From an uncultured Bacillales bacterium (GTDB lineage: Bacteria; Bacillota_I; Bacilli_A; RF39; UBA660): a stretch of 64,000 nucleotides of DNA. Numbering within the stretch: the stretch's first letter is position 1; each line of letters starts with the position of its first letter. The notes below the pieces were generated by a model that did no database searches, was not told where the DNA came from, and saw only the letters and a program-made list of their open reading frames with translations. The stretch covers positions 76,733 to 140,732 of the forward strand of contig CAMOSQ010000001.1 of assembly GCA_946624985.1 (NCBI GenBank), written 5' to 3'. Position numbers and translations under genes: made by a program. This document shows positions 54,377-63,569 of this stretch, one piece after another.

Positions 54377-56557
54377 ATGAAATTAAAATTTAGGGCTGAA
54401 CCAAAAGATATCGCTATATTTCTTGTGTTTAGTTTGTTTTTACTATATTTGGTTTGTTTAATAATTTTAAATTTGTCTTCATTAGCCCAAACAGGTACTT
54501 TTTCTGGCTTTAACCCATTTCCTGCTTTTGAGGCTAAGTATGTTGTAGCAACTTTGGTTTTATATGTTGTTATTTTAGTTGTTATTATTTCAAGTGTTAG
54601 CTCTCATTTTTTTGAGCGAGAAAAAGGTATTGGTTTTTCTACGGGTCCTAAAAAAGAAAAGAATTATTCTAGATGGTTAACTACTAAAGAAATGAAAAAA
54701 GTTCTTAAATGTGTTCATCCTGGTGATGTTACATCTCAGTATGCAGGTATTCCTTTAATTAATAATGGTAAAGAAATATGGGTTGATAATGGTGAATATC
54801 ACAATTTAATTATTGGTTCTACTGGTAGTGGTAAGACTGAAATGCTTGTTCAACCTATGGTTAAGTGTTTAGCTAAGAAGGGTGAGTCGATGATTATTAC
54901 TGACCCTAAAGGTGAAATATATGAGAATAATGCTAATGAATTAAGGGAAAAGGGTTATAATATTGTACTTTTAAATTTTCGTGAACCCCAGAAGGGTAAT
55001 TCATGGAATCCTTTAGGTCTTCCATATTCATTGTATAAGGAAGGTAATCAGGATAAGGCTAATGAGCTTTTGGATGACCTTGCTATGAATATTCTTTATG
55101 ATGAAAAAAGTCAAAATGCTGATCCATTTTGGGAAAAGACTAGTGCTGATTATTTTTGTGGTTTATCTCTTGCTTTGTTTGAAGATGCAAGTGAGGAACA
55201 AATTAATTTAAATTCTATTAATTTGATGACTACTGTTGGTGAGGAAAAGTTTGCTGGTAGTACTTATGTTAAAGAGTATTTTAGTACTAAGGATCCTGCA
55301 AGTCCAGCATATGTTAATGCATCTAGTACATTGATGGCTCCTACTGATACTAAGGGTAGTATATTATCTGTTTTTAAACAAAAAATTAAATTATTTACGT
55401 CTAGAGAAAATTTGAGTGAGATGCTTTCTGTAAGTGATTTTGATATGAAGGAGATTGGACGTAAGAAAACTGCTGTTTTTTTAGTCATTCAAGATGAAAA
55501 GAAAACATATCATTCTTTGGTTACTATTTTTATTAAACAGTGTTATGAAACTTTGATTGATGTTGCTCAAGAAGTTGGTGGTAAACTTCCTTATAGAACT
55601 AATTTTATTCTTGATGAGTTTGCTAATATGCCACCTCTTAAGGATGTAACAACTATGGTTACAGCTGCTCGTAGTAGAAATATTAGGTTTAATTTTATAA
55701 TACAAAACTTTGCTCAATTATCTCAGGTTTATGGTAAGGAAAATGGAGATACTATTAAAGGTAACTGTGGTAATATTATATATCTTATTAGTAGTGAGTT
55801 AGCTGCACTTGAAGAAATTAGTAAGATGTGTGGTGAGGTTAAATCTAAGGAAAAAGAAAAAACTTCATCTATGCCTCTTGTAACTGTTAGTGATTTGCAA
55901 CGTTTACCTCAGTGGACTATGATTATTTTGCGTCTTAGAATGATGCCTTTTAAGACTAAGATGAAACCTAATTGGCAGATGGAAAAGGAAAATTTATGGG
56001 GTGCTAAGTATTCTAAGGCATCATATCCTACAAGAGAAAAACGTAAGATTGAACTTTTTGATATAAAAGGGTTTGTTCAGAAGGCAAAAGAGGAAAGTAT
56101 TAATAAAATGATGGGTGGTTCTACTCCTTTTATGCCAGGTAATTCTCCTTTTGGTGGTATGGCTTCAAGCAGTTCTCCTTTTGGTAATAACTCTCTTTTT
56201 GGAGGTATGTCATCTAATAGTTTTCCTTTTGAATCAAAAACTAATAATTCTTTTAATGTTGATGATCTTGTTAAAAGAATTGATGCTAAAATTGCTGAGT
56301 TAGAAGCTGAAGAAGAAAATGAGAAAAAAGAAAAAGCGCAGAATACATCGGAAGTTGATTCATTTACTGTTGTTGATAAGTCTCATGATATCGATGATGT
56401 ATTTGATGTTCCCGATGAAGATAATGATGTTGTTGATATTGATAAAGAAATAGAAAATGTAAAAAGTGATGTTAAAGATAATTTTGATTCTAATTATAAA
56501 GATGATAAAGGTATAACTGATGATCAGTTCTTTGATGATTTCTTTTCTGATGAATAA
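54377..56557 (+). CDS. virD4: VirD4/TraG-type type IV coupling protein
   Basis: Two N-terminal TM helices, Walker A GSTGSGKTE, ITDPKGE, and Walker B FILDEFANMP. The C-terminal extension has FG-type repeats and an acidic/aromatic tail. Confidence 0.85.
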   Translation: MKLKFRAEPKDIAIFLVFSLFLLYLVCLIILNLSSLAQTGTFSGFNPFPAFEAKYVVATLVLYVVILVVIISSVSSHFFEREKGIGFSTGPKKEKNYSRWLTTKEMKKVLKCVHPGDVTSQYAGIPLINNGKEIWVDNGEYHNLIIGSTGSGKTEMLVQPMVKCLAKKGESMIITDPKGEIYENNANELREKGYNIVLLNFREPQKGNSWNPLGLPYSLYKEGNQDKANELLDDLAMNILYDEKSQNADPFWEKTSADYFCGLSLALFEDASEEQINLNSINLMTTVGEEKFAGSTYVKEYFSTKDPASPAYVNASSTLMAPTDTKGSILSVFKQKIKLFTSRENLSEMLSVSDFDMKEIGRKKTAVFLVIQDEKKTYHSLVTIFIKQCYETLIDVAQEVGGKLPYRTNFILDEFANMPPLKDVTTMVTAARSRNIRFNFIIQNFAQLSQVYGKENGDTIKGNCGNIIYLISSELAALEEISKMCGEVKSKEKEKTSSMPLVTVSDLQRLPQWTMIILRLRMMPFKTKMKPNWQMEKENLWGAKYSKASYPTREKRKIELFDIKGFVQKAKEESINKMMGGSTPFMPGNSPFGGMASSSSPFGNNSLFGGMSSNSFPFESKTNNSFNVDDLVKRIDAKIAELEAEEENEKKEKAQNTSEVDSFTVVDKSHDIDDVFDVPDEDNDVVDIDKEIENVKSDVKDNFDSNYKDDKGITDDQFFDDFFSDE

Positions 56558-56570
56558 TTAAACTTATTCA

Positions 56571-56607
56571 CTTAATATATTATATTTTAGACATATAATA
56601 TATTAGG
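56571..56607. repeat. 15-bp inverted repeat overlapping the -10 region and RBS of the rhodanese gene
   Basis: CTTAATATATTATAT-TTTAGAC-ATATAATATATTAGG. The right arm contains TATAAT and the AGG of the RBS AGGTGA. Confidence 0.7.
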
Positions 56608-56616
56608 TGATTTTTT

Positions 56617-56907
56617 ATGGTAAATAGTATTAAAATGGATGATTTTTTAAATTTATCTAATGTAAATATAGTTGATTTAAGAAGTGTTGAGAAATTTAAT
56701 TGTAATCATATTCCTAATTCAATAAATGTTTCTTCTGATAGATTACTTTTAGATCCTAATAATTATCTTGATAAGGGAGAAAGGTATTATCTTTATTGCC
56801 AACATGGTTTAACTAGTTATAATGTTTGTAATATTCTTTCTAAATTAGGATTTAATGTAGTTAATATTTCTGGTGGTTATGAAGAGTGGTTGTTTAAGAA
56901 AAAATAG
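56617..56907 (+). CDS. Single-domain rhodanese-like sulfurtransferase
   Basis: 96 aa with VDLRS..EF...HIP.SINV and the active-site loop YLYCQHGLTS. Confidence 0.7.
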   Translation: MVNSIKMDDFLNLSNVNIVDLRSVEKFNCNHIPNSINVSSDRLLLDPNNYLDKGERYYLYCQHGLTSYNVCNILSKLGFNVVNISGGYEEWLFKKK

Positions 56908-56982
56908 GAAATACTTTTGTATTTCCTTGTTTTAATTGTAAATTATTTTTTTATTTGTTATAATATTTTTGAGGGTGATATT

Positions 56983-58137
56983 ATGTTTGGAATGAAGAAA
57001 AATAATGATAAGGAAATTGATCATCGTAAGTTAAATGATTTAATATCTTTGACTCGTAATGTTGTTAAAATATTATATTTTCTTCTTATTGTTTTGGGAA
57101 TTTATGCTATTATAAGGCTTGCTAAGGAAACTAGAATTTTTTCGTTTTTGTTGGTTGTTTTAAAGATTATTTCTCCATTGTTTATTGGTTTTGCGATTGC
57201 CTGGCTTTTTGATCCTCTTGTTAAGTGGTTACAGAAAAAAGGTATTAGAAGAAGTTTGGGTACTACTATTACATATTTGATAATTTTGGGTTTTATTGCG
57301 ATTGTTATGGGTGGACTTATTCCTTTATTATCTGAGCAGTTAAATGAATTTATTCGTGTTATTCCTGATATAATTGATGGTTCAAAGTCTATTATTGATC
57401 AAATGGCTAATAAGTTATCTATTGTTGATGGATTGGATGTTGCTGCATTTAAAAAGGAATTATTTGATAAGATTGTTACTTTTAGTACTAATTTAACTTC
57501 TGAGCTTCCTTCGATGTTGGTAATTCTTGTTAAGAATTTTTTCTCTGGTATGGGTTCTATAATTGTTGGTCTTGTTATTGGTTTTTATTTACTTTTAAGT
57601 TTTAATAATGTTAATGATACATTTATTACTTTGTTACCTAAAAAGTTTCAGAGAAATACAAGGGAAATAGTATATGAGGTTAATTCATCATTGAGGAGAT
57701 TTGTTGTTGGTGCGTTACTTGATGCTTTGCTTATATTTGTTGTTAGTTCTATAGGTTTTGGAATTGTAGGACTAAAGGCTCCATTTTTGTTTGCTTTATT
57801 TTGTGCACTTACTAATATTATTCCATATGCGGGACCTTATATTGGTGGTATACCTGCTGTTATTGTTGGTTTTTCTCAAGGCCCAACTGTTGGAATTTTA
57901 ACTTTGGTTATAATTGTTGTTGTACAATTTTTGGAAGGTAATTTTATTCAGCCTTTAGTTATGAGTAAGACAACTAAGTTACATCCTGTAACAATTATGT
58001 TAGGTTTACTTGTTTTTGGTCATTTTTGGGGTATATTAGGTATGTTTGTATCTACTCCAATTATTGCTTCATGTAAAGCTATATTTACCTATTTTGATGA
58101 TAAATATAATATAATTAAATTTAATAATGAGGATTAA
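56983..58137 (+). CDS. AI-2E family transporter (PerM/YdiK-like)
   Basis: ALTNIIPYAGPYIGGIPAVIVGF...QFLEGNFIQPLVMSKTTKLHPVTIMLGLLVFGHFWGILGMFVSTPI, the family signature. Confidence 0.85.
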   Translation: MFGMKKNNDKEIDHRKLNDLISLTRNVVKILYFLLIVLGIYAIIRLAKETRIFSFLLVVLKIISPLFIGFAIAWLFDPLVKWLQKKGIRRSLGTTITYLIILGFIAIVMGGLIPLLSEQLNEFIRVIPDIIDGSKSIIDQMANKLSIVDGLDVAAFKKELFDKIVTFSTNLTSELPSMLVILVKNFFSGMGSIIVGLVIGFYLLLSFNNVNDTFITLLPKKFQRNTREIVYEVNSSLRRFVVGALLDALLIFVVSSIGFGIVGLKAPFLFALFCALTNIIPYAGPYIGGIPAVIVGFSQGPTVGILTLVIIVVVQFLEGNFIQPLVMSKTTKLHPVTIMLGLLVFGHFWGILGMFVSTPIIASCKAIFTYFDDKYNIIKFNNED

Positions 58138-58138
58138 T

Positions 58139-58684
58139 ATGGAGTTTATTAAAAAGGATCCTAAAATAATTATTTTGTCCGGTAAAGCACAAAGTGGTAA
58201 AAATGAATGTGCTGATGTTATTAGAACTTATTATAATAGATTAGGTTTAAAAAGTATTGTTTTAAGTTATGCTTTTTATTTAAAGGTATATGCTAAGAAT
58301 GTATTAGGATGGGATGGTAGCGAAGATACTAAACCAAGAGATTTCTTACAACAGGTTGGTGTTGAACTTATAAAGAATAAGATTAATCCTAATATGTTAG
58401 TTGATAGAGTTATTGATGATATTAAAGTTTATTCATATTTTTATGATGTTATTGTCATAAGTGATGCACGATTTGTTGATGAAATTTCTGTTGTTAAAGA
58501 TAATTTTTCTAATGTTTCTGTTATACATATTTTAGGTAAAGAGAATAGATTAACTTTTGACCAGCAAAATCATTCTACTGAGACAGGATTAGATGGTTAT
58601 GATGATTATGATTTTGTAATAAATAATGATGGATCTATAGAAGATTTAAGAAATAAGTTATTTTATTTATTGGAAGAGGTGTAG
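58139..58684 (+). CDS. P-loop kinase, deoxynucleoside-monophosphate-kinase-like
   Basis: IIILSGKAQSGKNECA P-loop. About 180 aa, with VISDARF, typical of dNMP kinase-like proteins. Confidence 0.5.
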   Translation: MEFIKKDPKIIILSGKAQSGKNECADVIRTYYNRLGLKSIVLSYAFYLKVYAKNVLGWDGSEDTKPRDFLQQVGVELIKNKINPNMLVDRVIDDIKVYSYFYDVIVISDARFVDEISVVKDNFSNVSVIHILGKENRLTFDQQNHSTETGLDGYDDYDFVINNDGSIEDLRNKLFYLLEEV

Positions 58685-58685
58685 T

Positions 58686-59333
58686 ATGAGAGTTGTTGCG
58701 ATAGATGGTCCAGCAGGAAGTGGAAAAGGTACAGTTTGTAAGATGCTTGCTGAAAAAGAAAATTTAGTTTATATTGATACAGGTGCAATGTATAGATGCG
58801 TTGCGTATTTAACATTACAAAATAATATTGATATTACTGATGAAGATAAAATTGTTGAACTTGCTAAGAATGCTGATATTGAGTTTGTTGGTGATAAGGT
58901 TGTTCTAAATGGTATGGATGTTACTAAGGAGATTAGAACTATGGAGGTTACAAAAATTGTTTCTCCTGTTTCTAGTATTATTCCGCTTAGAGAAGTATTG
59001 GTCGATATGCAAAGAAAGATGGCTGAAAGTTTAGATGTAATTATGGAAGGAAGAGATATTACTACTGTTGTTCTTCCTAATGCTAATTACAAGTTTTATT
59101 TGGATGCAAGTGTTGAGGAAAGAGCTAATAGACGTTATAAAGAGAATACTTCTAAAGGAATGTCTGTAAGTTATGAAGAAATACTTGAAAATATTAAAGC
59201 AAGGGATTATAATGATATGAATAAGCCTGTGGGTGCTTTAATGCGTACAGATGAACAGGTATATATTGATTCTACTAATATGACAATTAATGAAGTAGTT
59301 TCAAAAATTCGAGAAATTATAGGACGTGATTAA
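58686..59333 (+). CDS. cmk: Cytidylate kinase
   Basis: VAIDGPAGSGKGTVCK..A......YIDTGAMYR and GRDITTVVLPNA...FYLDASVEERA.RR. Confidence 0.9.
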   Translation: MRVVAIDGPAGSGKGTVCKMLAEKENLVYIDTGAMYRCVAYLTLQNNIDITDEDKIVELAKNADIEFVGDKVVLNGMDVTKEIRTMEVTKIVSPVSSIIPLREVLVDMQRKMAESLDVIMEGRDITTVVLPNANYKFYLDASVEERANRRYKENTSKGMSVSYEEILENIKARDYNDMNKPVGALMRTDEQVYIDSTNMTINEVVSKIREIIGRD

Positions 59334-61068
59334 TGTGAATTTGAAAGATTTATTTATAAATTATTTTGTTGAGAATGGTCATAAGCAAATACCTAGTGCT
59401 CCTGTTGTTCCAGAAAATGATCCATCTGTTTTATTTAATACTGCTGGTATGCAACCATTAATTCCTTATTTGATGGGTGAGGAGCATCCATATGGAACTA
59501 GATTATGTGATTATCAAAAGTGTATTAGAACTAATGATTTAGATGAAGTAGGTGATAAGACTCATCATACTTTTTTTGAGATGCTAGGTAATTGGAGTTT
59601 AGGTGATTATTTTAAGAAGGAAAGTATTACTTATAGTTTTAATTTTTTAACTAAAGTTTTGAACATACCTACTGAAAGACTTGCTGTAACTGTTTATGGT
59701 GGTGGTATTGTTCCATATGATCAAGAGGCTCATGATTTGTGGCTTAGTTTAGGTATTAGTGAAGGCCATATTGCTTCAACGGTTGAGGATAATTTTTGGG
59801 CAGCAGGAGATGTTGGTCCATGTGGCACTGATACTGAAATATTTTATTTTAGAAGTGATGATGATATTCCTGAAGTATTTGATACTGAAGATGATAGATG
59901 GGTTGAAATTTGGAATAATGTTTTTATGCAGTTTAATAGGAATGTCGATGGTAGTATTGTAGATCTTCCTAAGAAAAATGTTGATACTGGTATGGGATAT
60001 GAGAGAGTATTGGCGGTTTTAGAGGGTGTTGATGATAATTATAAGACTAGTTTATGGAAACCTATTATTTCTACTATAGAGGAAGTATCTGGTAAGAGTT
60101 ATTTAGGTAATGAAGAAAGTATTAGAATAATTGCTGATCATATTAGAACTGCTGTATTTATAAGTGCTGATTATGCTGGTATTAAACCTAGTAATACTGA
60201 TCAGGGATATATTTTAAGAAGATTAATTCGTAGAGCTATTAGGCATGCTAAGAAGTTAGATATTGATATAAATAGCAATTGGGATTCTAGAATTGCTTTA
60301 TCTATTATTGATGAATATAAGAAATATTATAAAGAGTTAAATGACAATAAGGATATTGTAATTGAAGTTTTAAAGAATGAAAAAGAGAAGTTTAATAGAA
60401 CTCTTGAGAAAGGGTTAAGGGAGTTTGAAAAGAGAGCGGGCTCTGATATCGATGCATTAACTGCATTCCATTTATACGATACTTATGGTTTTCCAATTGA
60501 ACTTACAGTTGAACTTGCTAATGAAAAGGGTATTAATGTTGATATTGAAGGATTTAAGGTTAAATTTAAGGAACATCAGGAGTTATCTCGTACAGCATCT
60601 GCTGGAAAGTTTAAGGGTGGACTTGCTGGTGATAGTATTATAGAAACTAAATATCATACAGCTACTCATTTGTTAAATGCAGCATTAAAGGTTGTTGTTA
60701 ATAAGGATTGTCATCAAAAAGGGTCTAATATTACTACTGAGAGAATGAGATTTGATTTTTCTTGTGATCATAAGTTAACTGATGATGAGAAGATTAAGGT
60801 TGAGAATTTAGTTAATGAATGGATTAAAGATGATTTAGTTGTTACAAAAAAAGAGATGTCTAAAGAAGATGCTATTAAGTCTGGTGCTGAATGTATGTTT
60901 ATTGAAAAGTATCCTGATATTGTAACTGTTTATTCTATTGGTGATGTTTCTCATGAATTATGTGGTGGTCCTCATGTGGAAAGTACTGGATGTTTAGGTA
61001 CATTTAAAATTAAGAAAGAGGAAGCTTCTTCTGCTGGTGTAAGAAGAATAAAGGCTGTTTTAGAGTAA
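59326..61068 (+). CDS. alaS: Alanine--tRNA ligase, short form (catalytic plus editing domains, no C-Ala domain); the start may be GTG 59335
   Basis: FNTAGMQP, QKCIRTNDLDEVGDKTHHTFFEMLGNWSLGDYFK, GPCGTDTEIFY, EIWNNVFMQFNR and VDTGMGYERV define the catalytic domain. HTATHLL and CGGPHV are editing-domain motifs. The ORF ends ~25 aa after CGGPHV. Confidence 0.85.
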   Translation: MINVNLKDLFINYFVENGHKQIPSAPVVPENDPSVLFNTAGMQPLIPYLMGEEHPYGTRLCDYQKCIRTNDLDEVGDKTHHTFFEMLGNWSLGDYFKKESITYSFNFLTKVLNIPTERLAVTVYGGGIVPYDQEAHDLWLSLGISEGHIASTVEDNFWAAGDVGPCGTDTEIFYFRSDDDIPEVFDTEDDRWVEIWNNVFMQFNRNVDGSIVDLPKKNVDTGMGYERVLAVLEGVDDNYKTSLWKPIISTIEEVSGKSYLGNEESIRIIADHIRTAVFISADYAGIKPSNTDQGYILRRLIRRAIRHAKKLDIDINSNWDSRIALSIIDEYKKYYKELNDNKDIVIEVLKNEKEKFNRTLEKGLREFEKRAGSDIDALTAFHLYDTYGFPIELTVELANEKGINVDIEGFKVKFKEHQELSRTASAGKFKGGLAGDSIIETKYHTATHLLNAALKVVVNKDCHQKGSNITTERMRFDFSCDHKLTDDEKIKVENLVNEWIKDDLVVTKKEMSKEDAIKSGAECMFIEKYPDIVTVYSIGDVSHELCGGPHVESTGCLGTFKIKKEEASSAGVRRIKAVLE

Positions 61069-61092
61069 AAAAATGCACAAATGTGCATTTTT
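61067..61092. terminator. Bidirectional terminator between alaS and the PBP gene
   Basis: AAAAAAATGCAC-AAAT-GTGCATTTTT. Confidence 0.75.
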
Positions 61093-63046
61093 AATTTTCT
61101 TCTTTTATTGTTGGTATTAGTATATCTAGATTTATATCTTCGTATGTAGGTTCAGTTCCTTTTATGTAGTAAAATAATTTTTTTTGTTTTGTTTTATCGT
61201 CTGCTAATTCTCCTGTTATTGGATTTACAAGTACGCCTACAACATTGTTTGGTATTTCGTACCAATTATCTTCTTTATCTTTTAGGCATTCTTCAATTGT
61301 TTCGTACCATATATTCTTTGGTATTTGACTATCTTCTGATGGTGTTTCTCTGTTGTCATCATATCCTGCCCATACTCCTATTAGTAAATCATTGTTATAA
61401 CCAAATATTAGCCTATCAGTGTTTGTTGTTCCTGTTTTTATAGCATATTTTTTTGATAGTTTTCCTGCAAGGCTTATTAGTGTTGGATAGTTGTAGTCTA
61501 TGAATTCTGTTTGATATGTGCTTGTTAATAACTCATTTAATATGAATACCTGACTTTCATTTAATACTAGTTCTTCGTTTTTTTTATGTTCATAAAGTAT
61601 ATTTCCAAATTGATCTTCTACTTTTTCAATTAGATATGGTTCGTTTTTATGTCCTTTATTTGCGAGTGTTTGATATGCTTGTATCATTTCTATTAAACTT
61701 ATTTCTTCTGTTCCTAGGGCGAGTGATGGTATTGCTTCAAGATTTGTTTTTATTCCTATTCTGTGTGCAATATTAACGAGTGTTTCTTCTCCTAGGAAAA
61801 GGTGTGTTTTTACTGCATATATGTTATCTGAATATGATATAGCTGCAGCCATGCTTATTGGTTTGTTTGGGTACTCGTTATTATAGTTTTTAGGGCTATA
61901 TGTTTTATCATCTGAAAATGTAAATGTTGTTTTTTCGCTTGTAAATGTTGATGATGGTGTGAATCCGTTTTCTAGTGCGGCATAGTATAGAAATGGTTTA
62001 ATTGTTGATCCTACCTGCCTTTTTGATGTTATTGCTCTGTTGTACTGGCTTGTTTTATAGTCTCTTCCTCCTATTAGGGCTAGTATTTTTCCTGTTGTTG
62101 GTTCTAATATTATTGATGATACTTGTATTTCTTTGTTTTCTTGTAAATTGTTTTTAATTTTTTCTTCTAGTGTTTTTTGATAGTCTTGATTTAGTGTTGT
62201 ATATATTTTTAATCCATTTGTTTCAATAAATGATTTTGGTATTGTTTTTATTTCTTTTAGTTCTTCAATCACTGCATCTTGATAATACATTAATGATGAT
62301 ATTTTGTTATTATTTTCTCCTATGTATGACAGTTGTTCTTTTTCTGCTTTTTCTTTTTCTTCTTGTGTTATGTATTTATTTTTAATCATACTATTTAATA
62401 TTATTTTTTGTCTTTTTTTTGCGTTTTGTTCATTTTCTATTGGTGAATAGTTTGATGGTGATTTTGGTATTCCAGCTAGTATTGTTGCTTCTGATAGTGT
62501 TAAGTCTTTTGCATGTTTATCAAAATAATACAGTGAAGCGTTTTCTATTCCGAATACTCCTCCGTAATTTATTGTGTTTAGATATCCTTCTAGTATTTCA
62601 TCTTTTTTGTATTGACTTTCTAATTTAATTGTTATCCATGCTTCTTGTATTTTTCTTGACCAGGTTTTTCCAAAATCTAAAAATAGATTTTTTGCGTATT
62701 GTTGTGTTATTGTTGAGGCACCTTCTACTGTTTTTTTGTTTTTTATATTGTTTACTAGTGCTTTTACAATTCTTAGATAGTCAAATCCTAAATGATTATA
62801 AAAGTGTTTATCTTCTGCAGCTAGTGTTGCTTTTATTAGGTTATCTGATATTTGATCTAGTTTTACCCAATTGTCATTATTTCCATTATATATGTTATTA
62901 TTTATGTCATAGAAATAGTATTTGTTTGCGAGTGTTACTGGTAGTTTTTTTGTAAAGTGTCCATAAATATATAGTGAGAAATATGTAAGTATTAGTATTG
63001 ATAATATTATTGTATTTGTTTTTATTAGTTTTTTTATTATTTTCAT
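61091..63046 (-). CDS. Class A penicillin-binding protein (glycosyltransferase GT51 plus transpeptidase)
   Basis: N-terminal TM helix. EDKHFYNHLGFD and GASTITQQYAKN are GT51 motifs. STIKP (SxxK), SDN and KTGTT are transpeptidase motifs. Confidence 0.9.
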   Translation of the reverse strand: MKIIKKLIKTNTIILSILILTYFSLYIYGHFTKKLPVTLANKYYFYDINNNIYNGNNDNWVKLDQISDNLIKATLAAEDKHFYNHLGFDYLRIVKALVNNIKNKKTVEGASTITQQYAKNLFLDFGKTWSRKIQEAWITIKLESQYKKDEILEGYLNTINYGGVFGIENASLYYFDKHAKDLTLSEATILAGIPKSPSNYSPIENEQNAKKRQKIILNSMIKNKYITQEEKEKAEKEQLSYIGENNNKISSLMYYQDAVIEELKEIKTIPKSFIETNGLKIYTTLNQDYQKTLEEKIKNNLQENKEIQVSSIILEPTTGKILALIGGRDYKTSQYNRAITSKRQVGSTIKPFLYYAALENGFTPSSTFTSEKTTFTFSDDKTYSPKNYNNEYPNKPISMAAAISYSDNIYAVKTHLFLGEETLVNIAHRIGIKTNLEAIPSLALGTEEISLIEMIQAYQTLANKGHKNEPYLIEKVEDQFGNILYEHKKNEELVLNESQVFILNELLTSTYQTEFIDYNYPTLISLAGKLSKKYAIKTGTTNTDRLIFGYNNDLLIGVWAGYDDNRETPSEDSQIPKNIWYETIEECLKDKEDNWYEIPNNVVGVLVNPITGELADDKTKQKKLFYYIKGTEPTYEDINLDILIPTIKEEN

Positions 63047-63158
63047 ATTATCACCTTTTTTTATTATTTGATGAAAGTCTTTAAATTAAACATTTCTTTA
63101 AAAAAAATTTACATTTATAATTTTGCGTGTTATAATTACTGACAAGAGGATTGATATT

Positions 63159-63491
63159 TTGTCAAAGGTTTGTATATGTGTAAAATTGATTGAAAATAGT
63201 AATATTATTTTTGATAAGAATTTAGATGGATTTTTTTCTGATAATGTTTTAAATTATAATGATGGTGTTATTAATAATTTATATTTGAATAAATTAATAT
63301 TGGAAAGAATTAGTGATGATTATGAAATGATTTTTGATTTTAATGAAATGTGTTGTAGATGTAATTATGGTGGTAATTCTTTTGTTTTAAATTTAGTATT
63401 GCTGGATAGTAATGTATCTAATAATAGTATTTTTTTTAAGTATAAAATAGTTGATACAGGTAATATTTATGAATATAGCGTATTATGGTAA
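63159..63491 (+). CDS. Small hypothetical protein
   Basis: The track ORF starts at 63123, inside the TGTTATAAT promoter box. TTG 63159, 8 nt after AAGAGGA, is the more plausible start. Confidence 0.4.
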   Translation: MSKVCICVKLIENSNIIFDKNLDGFFSDNVLNYNDGVINNLYLNKLILERISDDYEMIFDFNEMCCRCNYGGNSFVLNLVLLDSNVSNNSIFFKYKIVDTGNIYEYSVLW

Positions 63492-63514
63492 TTATATAAA
63501 TTTTGTTAAAAGTA

Positions 63515-63542
63515 TTGACAGTAGGTAAAAACATGATAAAAT
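63515..63542 (+). promoter_or_regulatory. Sigma-70-type promoter for rpoE
   Basis: TTGACA, a 16-nt spacer, then TG-a-TAAAAT. Confidence 0.6.
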
Positions 63543-63569
63543 TAAATAGTCATTATTTAGGAGGATTTT

